DNA of 39,112 bases, taken from a virus (taxonomy: Duplodnaviria; Caudoviricetes). Of the stretch, positions 1-8,062 are shown piece after piece. Position 1 is the first letter of the stretch, and every line of letters begins with the position of its first letter. The DNA is taken from positions 1 through 39,112 of IMG/VR virus record IMGVR_UViG_3300038809_000040. The stretch is one strand, 5' to 3'. The position numbers and the translations under genes were made by a program. The notes beneath the pieces were generated by a model. That model was not told the DNA's origin, searched no databases, and worked only from the letters and a program-made list of their open reading frames with translations.

Positions 1-216
1 TTACCCATCCACCTGCAAAGGTCGATTCTGCGCGATCTGCTGCCGAACCCAGCCTTGCACCTCAGATTGTATCCAGAGTGCGCGACGGCCGATGCGGATA
101 GACCGCGGGAAGCGGCCAGCTTTGATCTCGCCGTAGATGAAGGTGGTGCCCATGCCGGTCATCTGACGCACGCGATCAAGCGATAGCAGCTCTTCCAGTC
201 TTTCAGCCGCGCCCAT
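1..216 (-). CDS. alpA: AlpA-family HTH excisionase/regulator (71 aa)
   Basis: LLSLDRVRQMTGMGTTFIYGEIKAGRFPRSIRIGRRALWIQSEVQGW matches AlpA pattern; ATG at 216 after GGAGG; last gene of left operon. Confidence 0.9.
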   Translation of the reverse strand: MGAAERLEELLSLDRVRQMTGMGTTFIYGEIKAGRFPRSIRIGRRALWIQSEVQGWVRQQIAQNRPLQVDG

Positions 217-517
217 GATGGCCTCCGATGCGGTGAGCCTTGGATGTGCGTTCGGCAAGGCTGAGCTGGAACTGCAGGACGTTGCCGGCAGGTGCCTCGA
301 CTGGAATGGGGCGCGCGCTGCGGGCGGGGCGGTTGAGCCGACGCCACGCTGCAATGGCCGCGTCGGGATGGGCGTGCTTGCTGGTCGACCTGCAGGCGCA
401 CTCGACCAGGTGGCCGCCGCCGGCGGACGCACAGCGCTTGTCGTGGATGTGGCGCGCGCGGTGGCCGGCGGCGCAGTTCGGCAACCCTTCCGGGTGGCTG
501 ATATGTTCCTGGGTCAT
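203..517 (-). CDS. Small Cys/His protein, Lar-like; contains QLSL
   Basis: LPNC..GH ... VECAC ... AAIAAW resembles Lar zinc-ribbon pattern; GGAG RBS. Confidence 0.6.
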   Translation of the reverse strand: MTQEHISHPEGLPNCAAGHRARHIHDKRCASAGGGHLVECACRSTSKHAHPDAAIAAWRRLNRPARSARPIPVEAPAGNVLQFQLSLAERTSKAHRIGGHHGRG

Positions 518-567
518 GTGTCAGCTCCATTGGAAACGTGGTTGATGGCAGGCATACACTGGCGTGC

Positions 568-1050
568 ATGAGTCAATATGCGAATTCGACGCATGCGGAG
601 TTGTGGCTCCGCGCCAAGGCTGAGGCGGGCGCTCTGCGACAGAGCGCTGACGTGCAGGACTTGGTTTTGGCTAAGAGGCCGACGACTCATTGGCAGCGGC
701 AGCAGATCCGGGCGGCCATGGCTCCTGGCGCTGACCGGTCGCTGGCCGACCTTCTGGATGCACTGGCCAGCCAGATACACCATGGCCAACACATCCCCGA
801 CGATGCCGAGCAGCTTCTGCAGGATCCGGCCACCAGCCTTCTGTCGGTGTTCGGCCCGAAGTTGGCCGAGCATCAGCGCAATGCGCGGCACCTGGTGGTG
901 CTGGAGGCGGCCAACGTGGTCCTTCGTAAAGACTCGTCGACTTGGCTCCATGGTGGAGAGGCGGGGCAAACGCCACACGAGCGGTCGCTGGCCAGCAACG
1001 GCGGATTGGCCGCTGTGCTGCAAGAGCTGGAAGCCCGTCGGAAGCGATAG
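568..1050 (+). CDS. Hypothetical accessory protein (160 aa), antisense to early-left operon
   Basis: Protein-like helical composition; TACACT at 555-560 lies 7 nt before ATG (possible leaderless transcript). Confidence 0.6.
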   Translation: MSQYANSTHAELWLRAKAEAGALRQSADVQDLVLAKRPTTHWQRQQIRAAMAPGADRSLADLLDALASQIHHGQHIPDDAEQLLQDPATSLLSVFGPKLAEHQRNARHLVVLEAANVVLRKDSSTWLHGGEAGQTPHERSLASNGGLAAVLQELEARRKR

Positions 1051-1055
1051 GGCGG

Positions 1056-1364
1056 TCATGCGAACAGGTCCAGTTGGTCCGGCAGCGCCGACGGCAGAGT
1101 TGGGAGCGCGTGCGCAGCCGTGGCCCCGAGTTGCTCCATTTGAGCCAGAAGGCGGGCGGCATACTTCTCGCTGTTCCGGATGAACCATGAGAGCTGGGCG
1201 GCCCTGAATCTGTCTCCGGGGTGGCCGCGCAGTAGCAGCGCATATCGCTCTTTGCGTAGCTCCCGGATGTGATGGATCGTTTGGGAGTACGCACCGGGCA
1301 GGCGCCGGCGGTCGAAATCGTCCTCATTGGGGGCAGGCACGTGTGCAGCGTCCAGGGCGATCAT
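1056..1364 (-). CDS. Hypothetical phage protein ending in QLDLFA
   Basis: ATGA overlap with upstream gene; C-terminal clamp-like motif. Confidence 0.75.
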   Translation of the reverse strand: MIALDAAHVPAPNEDDFDRRRLPGAYSQTIHHIRELRKERYALLLRGHPGDRFRAAQLSWFIRNSEKYAARLLAQMEQLGATAAHALPTLPSALPDQLDLFA

Positions 1365-1864
1365 CGGAACATCTCCAGTTGCTGTGGCACGCTCGGACGA
1401 CGAACTGCGTAGGGGCTGGGATCTCGCTCGTTGAGCAGGTCATGGGCAATATGGAAGTGGTAGCCGCGGCCGTTCATGTCGGTGATGCAGACCATCGGGA
1501 AGTAGCAGACCGCGATGGCCCCGGAGCAGAACAGGTAGTAGCCGCGACCACACGACGCGCGGCCGGCCTCGGTGCTGCTGTCCAGCATGTCGCGCGTCCA
1601 GCCGGCGGCAATGCGGACGGCTACCGCGTTCGATGCGATCTCCCATGCTTCGTCTCGGTCCATGATCCCCGAGGACACCATGCCCATGGTGCGCTGCGCG
1701 GCGTCCATGTCGCCGGCAGCGAGCGCCTGAAGAGCCTGGCCGCGGGCCTGCCACAGGCGAGCATCCTGGGGAGCGATCGAGTCGAGATCGAACCCGGACA
1801 TGCTGGCCAGCTGCCGGCCGATCTCGCGGTCCTCCATTGCAGCGATGAGCAGCCGGTCAGCCAT
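1361..1864 (-). CDS. Hypothetical phage protein ending in QLEMFR
   Basis: ATG at 1864 with GGAG RBS; coupled to downstream gene. Confidence 0.75.
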   Translation of the reverse strand: MADRLLIAAMEDREIGRQLASMSGFDLDSIAPQDARLWQARGQALQALAAGDMDAAQRTMGMVSSGIMDRDEAWEIASNAVAVRIAAGWTRDMLDSSTEAGRASCGRGYYLFCSGAIAVCYFPMVCITDMNGRGYHFHIAHDLLNERDPSPYAVRRPSVPQQLEMFR

Positions 1865-1928
1865 GGATGATCTCCGGGCGCTGCATCCGCGTGGCAGAAT
1901 GCCGCCCAATCCGAAGGGGAATCAGGGA

Positions 1929-2594
1929 ATGAGTGTTTTGGACGGATTGAGCGAGTGCTGGTGGTTGAGCAACACTTGCTCGCTTGACTGGGATGCGGTG
2001 GCAAGCGTGGGCACTGTGGCCGGTGTGTTGGTAGCGCTTTTTGCCCCGGTCGTACGCCGAGCGCTGACAGGTCGCAAGGTGGATACGATCTTTGTCGCTG
2101 CACACATGTCCGAGCTTAGGGGAATCCGCGCCAAAATTCGGCGATTGCAGCGAGCTCTTAATGCAATTGAGTTCGATGAGGATGAAGACATCGTTAGGCT
2201 TTCGAGCGCAGACTCGCGACTCGTCAAAGAAGTCGCTATCGAGTGCTCGGCGTTCAAGCCCGGAGTGGTTGATCTGGCTCGCTACCCTGGGCTTGATTTG
2301 CACTTGGCATCGATAGTCACTCGAGGAATTTACGAGGTCTCCAAAGTTGGGCACGCGATTGGAAATAGAGAGAACGGAATGCCACACTTGGAAGTAGCCA
2401 CCTACGAGATTCCCCTGTGGCAGGCTACGGTCGACAGGACTATGCGAGTTCTGAATGGCGCTGATAGGGCATGCGTGAAAGCTAACCAGCGCTCGGTCAA
2501 GGGCTGGAGAATGCGAGCCGTGCGCAAGCATGCAGCATCCTTCTTCGCATCGATAAAGTTGAAGCTCTCCATTCGCACAGGTCGAACCGGATAG
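1929..2594 (+). CDS. Membrane-anchored accessory protein (221 aa), antisense moron
   Basis: N-terminal TM WDAVASVGTVAGVLVALF; visibly lower GC than flanks; TGGCAGAAT and AGGGA upstream. Confidence 0.75.
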   Translation: MSVLDGLSECWWLSNTCSLDWDAVASVGTVAGVLVALFAPVVRRALTGRKVDTIFVAAHMSELRGIRAKIRRLQRALNAIEFDEDEDIVRLSSADSRLVKEVAIECSAFKPGVVDLARYPGLDLHLASIVTRGIYEVSKVGHAIGNRENGMPHLEVATYEIPLWQATVDRTMRVLNGADRACVKANQRSVKGWRMRAVRKHAASFFASIKLKLSIRTGRTG

Positions 2595-2671
2595 AGGTAG
2601 CTCCTTTCGCTTTTGCAGCAGGCTAAGCGTTTGCCTGGTCGTCCAGTGTCGTTGGATGTGTTGGGTCATGT

Positions 2672-2884
2672 TCACGACTGAGCGGCCTCGCATCTGGTGA
2701 AAGGACGCGCGCTGTGGGCGGCGAGGTGTTCCCAGCGTTCTGCCTCGCCGAGGTAGTGAGCGGCGCGGGCTTCTCGCTCTGCCTCGGTGAATTGCACGTC
2801 GTGCATGGCGTGGTCGGCTGCAGCGCGGTTGGCCGCTGCCATGCGGGCTGGGTCGTGATCGAAGATGTCGAGCTGGTTACGCAC
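2672..2884 (-). CDS. Hypothetical phage protein starting MRNQLDIFD
   Basis: GTG start with AGGAG RBS; operon context. Confidence 0.75.
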   Translation of the reverse strand: MRNQLDIFDHDPARMAAANRAAADHAMHDVQFTEAEREARAAHYLGEAERWEHLAAHSARPFTRCEAAQS

Positions 2885-2961
2885 GCTGGACTCCTGGAAT
2901 GGGTTACCGGCGAGTGGAAGTCCGGCCGGCGCGGAGCCCGGTCACCCGGGCGGGCGGTTGC

Positions 2962-3204
2962 TCAGTGGGTGTCGTCTGCGGCCAGCGGCGCGCGCTGCCG
3001 CTCGGCGGTGCGGCGCTGCATCTCGACCTTGAAGGCTGGCCAGGTGGTCTGGAGGTCCTCCCAGCAGCGCCATGCGAAGAACACGCCGCCGATGGCGCAG
3101 GCGAGGGCGACGGCGTCGACCTGGTTGCGTAGCGCCCAAGGGAGCAGTGCGAGGAGCAGGCCGACGACGACGGCGCAGAAGAAGGGCAGGGCCAGGTGGC
3201 GCAT
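2962..3204 (-). CDS. Small two-TM membrane protein (80 aa)
   Basis: Two hydrophobic segments; TAATG overlap with upstream gene. Confidence 0.7.
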   Translation of the reverse strand: MRHLALPFFCAVVVGLLLALLPWALRNQVDAVALACAIGGVFFAWRCWEDLQTTWPAFKVEMQRRTAERQRAPLAADDTH

Positions 3205-3608
3205 TACTCGGCCTCCTGCCGCAGGCCATAGTCGGCGAAGCGGTGGAACGCGCTGTTGGTGATCGTCCAGTAGCTGGTGTCGCCGTCTACGAGGCGAATC
3301 CAGTCGTTCAAGAACGCATCCAGTCTGATGCGCTGTGCAGGTGTCACCGATTCCAGAAACATCTCGGCCGCTTCGCCGATCTCTTCCAGCATCCGTTCCT
3401 GGGCCCACTCAATCAGGGCTTCGGAATGGACGATGCTGGTAGGAAGGAAGGGCTCCTGCTCGCCGATGTGAACACCGGGCCGCAGCTCGCCGGCGGCGGC
3501 AGTGCGCACTTCCCTGTCAAACGCTGCCTTCATGGCTTCATCGATCGAGCCGAATTCGCCGTGGTAGGTCTCTTCGTCGAAGGACCAGCTATAGGTGGGC
3601 TTATCCAT
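3204..3608 (-). CDS. Acidic hypothetical phage protein (134 aa)
   Basis: MDKPTYSWSFDEETYHGEF...; AGGAG RBS; coupled. Confidence 0.75.
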   Translation of the reverse strand: MDKPTYSWSFDEETYHGEFGSIDEAMKAAFDREVRTAAAGELRPGVHIGEQEPFLPTSIVHSEALIEWAQERMLEEIGEAAEMFLESVTPAQRIRLDAFLNDWIRLVDGDTSYWTITNSAFHRFADYGLRQEAE

Positions 3609-3783
3609 TGCTCTGCTCCTTGGGGATGGCGTAGAACGTGCCGTCGGCGGCTCGGCCGACTTCGGTGTGCATGTCGGGGCCGTTGGCCAGGTCAATGCCC
3701 ATCCAGACCGGGGCCGGTGCCACGGGAGGCTTGATGGGCGGGATACCGACGGCCATGGCGGCGAAGAAGTCGGGGTCGGTCAT
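3601..3783 (-). CDS. Hypothetical phage protein (60 aa)
   Basis: ATGA-coupled; operon context. Confidence 0.65.
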   Translation of the reverse strand: MTDPDFFAAMAVGIPPIKPPVAPAPVWMGIDLANGPDMHTEVGRAADGTFYAIPKEQSNG

Positions 3784-4448
3784 GCCGGCACGCTCCGGCC
3801 GTCGTACGCCCTGACGGCGTAGGCGATCGCGTAGAGGCGCCAGTAGAAGTGGAAGGTGTAGTCCTGCAGCTGGTTGCCGTACTCCCAGGCATCCGTGAAT
3901 CGGAATCGCGCGAAGGGCTCATCCTTGCTCGGCTCAAACCGATCCATCGCGCCAATGGCCTCTGCGACGGATTCATCGCCGATGTGGAGAACCTCATCCT
4001 GCAGTTCTTCCCAGAGCTGCGGGGCCCATGCCGGATCGCCGTCGTCGTCATCGCGGTGTTCATCGATGAACTCGTCGAATTGCTGCTTAACCAGCGCTTC
4101 GAACAGATCGGCGCAAAACTCGCGCTTGTCCCCGTCGTTGGCGACGCACTTCTCGGCCCAGTAGCCCGGGTTGATGCGTAGCTGCCCGGACTCGTCCCCG
4201 TCGGCCTTCCACCGGAAGAACTCGAACATGTCGTGGAGACGGGTGAACATGGAGTCGCCCATGTCGCCACTGATCGCGAGGTATCCGGGCCAGGTGACAA
4301 TGTCGAACGAGAATGCATAGCTGCCCGGGCGCTTGAACCGGAGATGGCGATAGACGCCGTTGTCCAGCAGCACCTCCATCTGGTGCTCGGCAGTGTCCTT
4401 CTCGAATCGCGCGAGGGCGTTCGTGCGCGCATCGGTCTTGGCGGTCAT
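3780..4448 (-). CDS. Conserved-type phage protein (222 aa)
   Basis: YRHLRF...FDIVTWPGYLAISGDMG...INPGYWAEK motif typical of phage early regions; ATGA-coupled. Confidence 0.8.
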   Translation of the reverse strand: MTAKTDARTNALARFEKDTAEHQMEVLLDNGVYRHLRFKRPGSYAFSFDIVTWPGYLAISGDMGDSMFTRLHDMFEFFRWKADGDESGQLRINPGYWAEKCVANDGDKREFCADLFEALVKQQFDEFIDEHRDDDDGDPAWAPQLWEELQDEVLHIGDESVAEAIGAMDRFEPSKDEPFARFRFTDAWEYGNQLQDYTFHFYWRLYAIAYAVRAYDGRSVPA

Positions 4449-4648
4449 GCGGCACCGCCTTTGACTTGCGCAATGGCCCCGGTCACGGCGAAGCCAAGGC
4501 GCTTTGCGTGAAACGTGAGGCGAGACTTCGCGCCACGTTCGGTAGCGCAGTCGCACCACGCGGCAGTGCTGCCGTCCGCATAGATCGCCTCGATTCGACT
4601 GCCAGTGCGGCGCAGCATCACGACGGGGTTGCCGGCAGGGGCGCTCAT
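4445..4648 (-). CDS. Hypothetical phage protein (67 aa)
   Basis: ATGA-coupled at both ends. Confidence 0.7.
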   Translation of the reverse strand: MSAPAGNPVVMLRRTGSRIEAIYADGSTAAWCDCATERGAKSRLTFHAKRLGFAVTGAIAQVKGGAA

Positions 4649-4860
4649 GCAGCACCTGCCTGTGCGCGCGCTGCGCTGCGGACGGCAGCGACCGCGCCTG
4701 CAGCGCTCTGGCCATGACGCAGGACGGCGTTGGCCGCGATGCTGGAGGCGATGACGACTTGGTAGGGGAGGAGGCCCCAGCGGCGCCCGGCGCGGGCGAC
4801 GATGCCAGCGGCTGCAGCGGCGCGCTGAGCGTTGGAGTGGTGGGCGAGGGCGGCGCTCAT
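4645..4860 (-). CDS. Ala-rich hypothetical phage protein (71 aa)
   Basis: ATGA-coupled at both ends. Confidence 0.7.
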   Translation of the reverse strand: MSAALAHHSNAQRAAAAAGIVARAGRRWGLLPYQVVIASSIAANAVLRHGQSAAGAVAAVRSAARAQAGAA

Positions 4861-5048
4861 GCTGCGGCGTCCTGGCTTTCGCCGCTCAGCTGATGCGCAG
4901 CGTGCTGGATCTCCACCGAGAGGCGGTCGGCCTCTGCCACTTCAATGTAGAGGCTGGCAGCGCCCACCTTGATGGCGACCACGCCGAGGGATGGAATCGC
5001 AACGACGATGGGTGGTGCCTTGCTGACGCCCAGGGAAAGGGTGGCCAT
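4857..5048 (-). CDS. First gene of PL operon, hypothetical (63 aa)
   Basis: AGGAG RBS, directly downstream of PL. Confidence 0.7.
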   Translation of the reverse strand: MATLSLGVSKAPPIVVAIPSLGVVAIKVGAASLYIEVAEADRLSVEIQHAAHQLSGESQDAAA

Positions 5049-5103
5049 GCGTGATCTCCTGCGCCCGGCCCCGGGATGGGGTGGTGGTGGGCGACTGGAG
5101 ATA

Positions 5104-5147
5104 ACGTTAGCTGCTCACTAATTGTTAGTCAACAGCTATCAGCTAAC
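5104..5147 (-). promoter_or_regulatory. PL promoter with two OL operators
   Basis: Minus strand TTGACT-N17-TAACGT; operators GTTAGCTGCTCACTAAT (5106-5122) and, reversed, GTTAGCTGATAGCTGTT (5131-5147). Confidence 0.75.
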
Positions 5148-5307
5148 AATTTTATGAATGGGGCTGGTTGGCCCGCTGGCCACTCCTGCAAGTGATACGG
5201 CTGAGCCAGGCTGGGACACTGGACTGAAGTAGTAGAGATACTAATGACGTGGAGCATAGTGGCGGCTATGATTTGCCTGCCTAGGAAGGGCTGACAGGGG
5301 AAGGGCA

Positions 5308-5691
5308 GTGGCACAGACGACCGTAAAGCACATTCAAAGCAACGCGTACACGAGCGCGATGGCTAGTGGCTTGATCATCAATGGGCCCAGCCCAGATGGG
5401 TTCATCCACGTTACTTTCTGGCGCGAAGGGATGCGCCTGACGGAGGAGCAATTTGAACAAGAGCTCTTCCATCACGAAGGCGTTCAGGTTGCCAAGATGA
5501 CGCCTCAGGGGAATACCGTGGAGCATTTCCGAGAAGACGTGTCCACGATGATCATTCCCGTCCCAAAGCTGAGCGAGTTTTGCGACGCGCTGTGCAAAAT
5601 GCGCGATGCTCTGGGCAAGGCCGAACAGGCCCGGGATCTGATCATGGCCCAAGACCTTCACGTTGCAGCGGCTGATCCTGCGGCAAGCTGA
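5308..5691 (+). CDS. Hypothetical protein with DUF3467-like pattern (127 aa)
   Basis: Y...ASG.II.GP..DG.IHVTFW ... VSTMIIP...L.EF...L; TATGAT upstream. Confidence 0.65.
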   Translation: MAQTTVKHIQSNAYTSAMASGLIINGPSPDGFIHVTFWREGMRLTEEQFEQELFHHEGVQVAKMTPQGNTVEHFREDVSTMIIPVPKLSEFCDALCKMRDALGKAEQARDLIMAQDLHVAAADPAAS

Positions 5692-5693
5692 CC

Positions 5694-6071
5694 ATGGCGG
5701 ACATTGATAAGGCAGCTGGGTCGACGTTTGTCGTTCAGCCCCCGGTCGCCGTCGTGTCGTCTTCTCCAGAGGGGCTGAGAACGGTAGTTGTTAGAGTAAG
5801 CCCGTCAGCCCCAACTCTGAAGACGTTGGAAACCCCTGTGTCGAGTTCGGGTCCGCAACCTATGACTGATTTTTCGAAGTTCGATGACCGGCTCCGCGCG
5901 GTCGAAATCGATGTTGCGACGATCAAGGAGCGCATCACTCATATGCCTACTACCGTGAAGATGTGGGTGGCGATAGCCGCGATCACGATTCCGGTCGGAG
6001 CGGCAGTTGTAGGGATCTTGAGTTGGGTTCTTCAGAACATGCTGGAGCCGCTACTGAAGGCCGCGACGTAA
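5694..6071 (+). CDS. Coiled-coil plus C-terminal TM protein, XhlA-like architecture (alternative start 5862)
   Basis: DDRLRAVEIDVATIKERITHMPT followed by hydrophobic MWVAIAAITIPVGAAVVGILSWVL. Confidence 0.65.
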   Translation: MADIDKAAGSTFVVQPPVAVVSSSPEGLRTVVVRVSPSAPTLKTLETPVSSSGPQPMTDFSKFDDRLRAVEIDVATIKERITHMPTTVKMWVAIAAITIPVGAAVVGILSWVLQNMLEPLLKAAT

Positions 6072-6088
6072 TCCCCTTTTGCCTCCGT

Positions 6089-6120
6089 AAAAAAGCCCCG
6101 CCGAGCAGCGGGGCTTTTTT
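6089..6120. terminator. Bidirectional intrinsic terminator
   Basis: AAAAAAGCCCCGC-cgagca-GCGGGGCTTTTTT between convergent genes. Confidence 0.9.
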
Positions 6121-6161
6121 GTTGTCCCAAATTGGGACAGTAGTAGACACTTTCTCGCTAC

Positions 6162-6860
6162 TTAGAACTTCCTCAGGCCTGCGTGGATCAGGGCCTTCCC
6201 CAGGATGCTCACGTCGCCCGGATCCGGACGGTAGGCTGGGAAGTCTGTGTTGACGCTCACGACGTAGAGACCATCGCCGCGCTTCTGCAGCATCTTGATC
6301 TGGGTCTCGCCCCCGATGTTGATCAGGTAGTAGTCGTCGCCGTCGAAGAAGTCGCAGCTGGTGTCGATCCAGACAATGTCGCCGTCTTCGAGCTTGGGCC
6401 GCATCGACGGCCCGCGGCCGGTGATGATCTGGATCCTGCCTGGCTTGGGTAGGTAACCGAGCTTCCTGCGGACTTCCCATTCTGCGACCTCGATGGTCTT
6501 CACCACCTCTGGGTAGTCCTGGTTGACCATCCCTGCACCCATCCCTGCACCCCCTTCAAACAAGTCGAAGCGAACATAGCCGGGGGGCGTCTCATTCTCC
6601 GGGATTGGTGAGACGGATACCTCTCCGTCTTCGCTCCACTGTGGCCGATCCATCCAGCCATGATCCTTGCCCAGGGCGCTACTGATCTTTTTGGCCACAT
6701 CGTCGCCGATGTACTTCCCGCCGAGCAGCTGGGACACGTACGACGCCGACAGGAAGCCACCCAGTTGGGCGCCTTGATCCCGTCGCCCCTTGATCCCCTT
6801 CATTTCAAGGGCGTCGATCAGGTGGCGAAAGTTGCGGCTGCGGATCTCTCGAATGTCCAT
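6162..6860 (-). CDS. cI: CI-like repressor (HTH plus S24 peptidase)
   Basis: N-terminal HTH; GAG putative cleavage site; GPSM catalytic Ser; IKML catalytic Lys; divergent from cro. Confidence 0.93.
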   Translation of the reverse strand: MDIREIRSRNFRHLIDALEMKGIKGRRDQGAQLGGFLSASYVSQLLGGKYIGDDVAKKISSALGKDHGWMDRPQWSEDGEVSVSPIPENETPPGYVRFDLFEGGAGMGAGMVNQDYPEVVKTIEVAEWEVRRKLGYLPKPGRIQIITGRGPSMRPKLEDGDIVWIDTSCDFFDGDDYYLINIGGETQIKMLQKRGDGLYVVSVNTDFPAYRPDPGDVSILGKALIHAGLRKF

Positions 6861-6866
6861 CGCGGC

Positions 6867-6935
6867 AGGTTAGCTGGTAACTAATCGATTTCGTGCAGCT
6901 GCCAGCTTGCAATAAGCTGTTAGCTGTGGACTAAT
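6867..6935. promoter_or_regulatory. OR region with PRM/PR and three operators
   Basis: GTTAGCTGGTAACTAAT (6869-6885), degenerate TGCAGCTGCCAGCTTGC (6894-6910), GTTAGCTGTGGACTAAT (6919-6935) at 25-bp pitch; TTGCAA -35 at 6907. Confidence 0.75.
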
Positions 6936-6942
6936 ACATGCC

Positions 6943-7422
6943 ATGGACATGTCAGCCCTCGATAGAGCAGTTCAGTCGGCAGGGAGCCAGCAGGCTCTTG
7001 CTCAGCTTCTCGGCATCAAACCGCCGTCGGTATCCGGCTGGTACGACCGCTGTCGCGTTCCCGCAGAACGTTGCATCGCAATCGAGCTGGCCACTGGCGT
7101 CTCCCGCCACCAGCTCCGCCCAGACGTCTTTGGGCCAGATCCTTCGGAAGCCCAGATCGAGGCAGTCGCACAGCTGCGCGCAGAAATCGATAGCCGCATG
7201 AGCAAGCGCGCGCTGCGCGCCAAGCTTGGTATGGCCAGCGACAAGCACTTGGCCACCCTGCTGCAGCTTCCCGTCGAAGAGGTTGCGGCATGGCCAGAGG
7301 AGGGCGTTCTGCCCGCCTTGCCGCAGATCCAGCGCTTGCTCGGCGCTGAGCCCCAGGCCGCTGCTGAGCCCGCGAACGATGATCCCGACGCGAATCGCAT
7401 CGCCCCGGTCGACACCGCCTGA
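6943..7422 (+). CDS. cro: Cro/YdaS-like protein with a second HTH-like segment (159 aa)
   Basis: QQALAQLLGIKPPSVSGW...VPAERCIAIE.ATGVSRHQLRPDVFG; divergent from cI. Confidence 0.85.
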   Translation: MDMSALDRAVQSAGSQQALAQLLGIKPPSVSGWYDRCRVPAERCIAIELATGVSRHQLRPDVFGPDPSEAQIEAVAQLRAEIDSRMSKRALRAKLGMASDKHLATLLQLPVEEVAAWPEEGVLPALPQIQRLLGAEPQAAAEPANDDPDANRIAPVDTA

Positions 7423-7531
7423 AAGGCCATCCCTGGCCGTCGTCCCTGAGTTGTTGATCTCCATGGCGCCCATCGTGCGCCACCCGGGCCCAGCCCGAAA
7501 CCTTGAAACACAGCCTTCCCCAAGGTGACCC

Positions 7532-8062
7532 ATGACCTGCCGTACATCTGCACTCAACTGGCTCGACGTTCTCTACAACTCGGTGCGCAAGACGCCCGGC
7601 GGTGTGGTGGACGCAGCCGCTTTCTTGGCCGACCGCCGCGGCAAGTCGATGCACCCGGAGACGCTGCGCGCGAAGCTGCGCGGGTTGGAGGGTGAATCGG
7701 TGACGATGGAAATCGCCGAACTGCTGACCGAGTGGATGCAGGAGAAGGCCGGGGGTAGCGACTACGCCCTGGACTGGATGCAGGCACTGGCCGGGCAGTT
7801 TGGAATGGCCGTGGCCACCGTTCCGCCGCCGCCGGAGGGGGGCTGGTCGGACGAGATCGGCGCAATCCAGACGAAGCTGCTGGAGATCACCACGCGGGTG
7901 GGGCGCTTGGCGGGCACTGCGGTGGAGGCCATGGCTGATCGCCACATCGATAGCGACGAAGCCAGGCTGATGGTGGAAGAGGCCAACTCGCTGATCACGA
8001 TGGCGCACCGGCTGATCCGCAACGTGTCGCGCGCTGCAGCGAAGGGGAGGGCGCGTCGATGA
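7532..8062 (+). CDS. Phage regulatory CII-family protein
   Basis: PGG...AA..L...TLR.KL N-terminus and DRHIDSDE helical C-terminus; position after cro. Confidence 0.7.
   Translation: MTCRTSALNWLDVLYNSVRKTPGGVVDAAAFLADRRGKSMHPETLRAKLRGLEGESVTMEIAELLTEWMQEKAGGSDYALDWMQALAGQFGMAVATVPPPPEGGWSDEIGAIQTKLLEITTRVGRLAGTAVEAMADRHIDSDEARLMVEEANSLITMAHRLIRNVSRAAAKGRARR

Noticed and set aside
1-432. 143-aa extended version of the AlpA ORF
   Set aside because: The extension overlaps the 203-517 gene; ATG 216 has an RBS and gives a normal AlpA length
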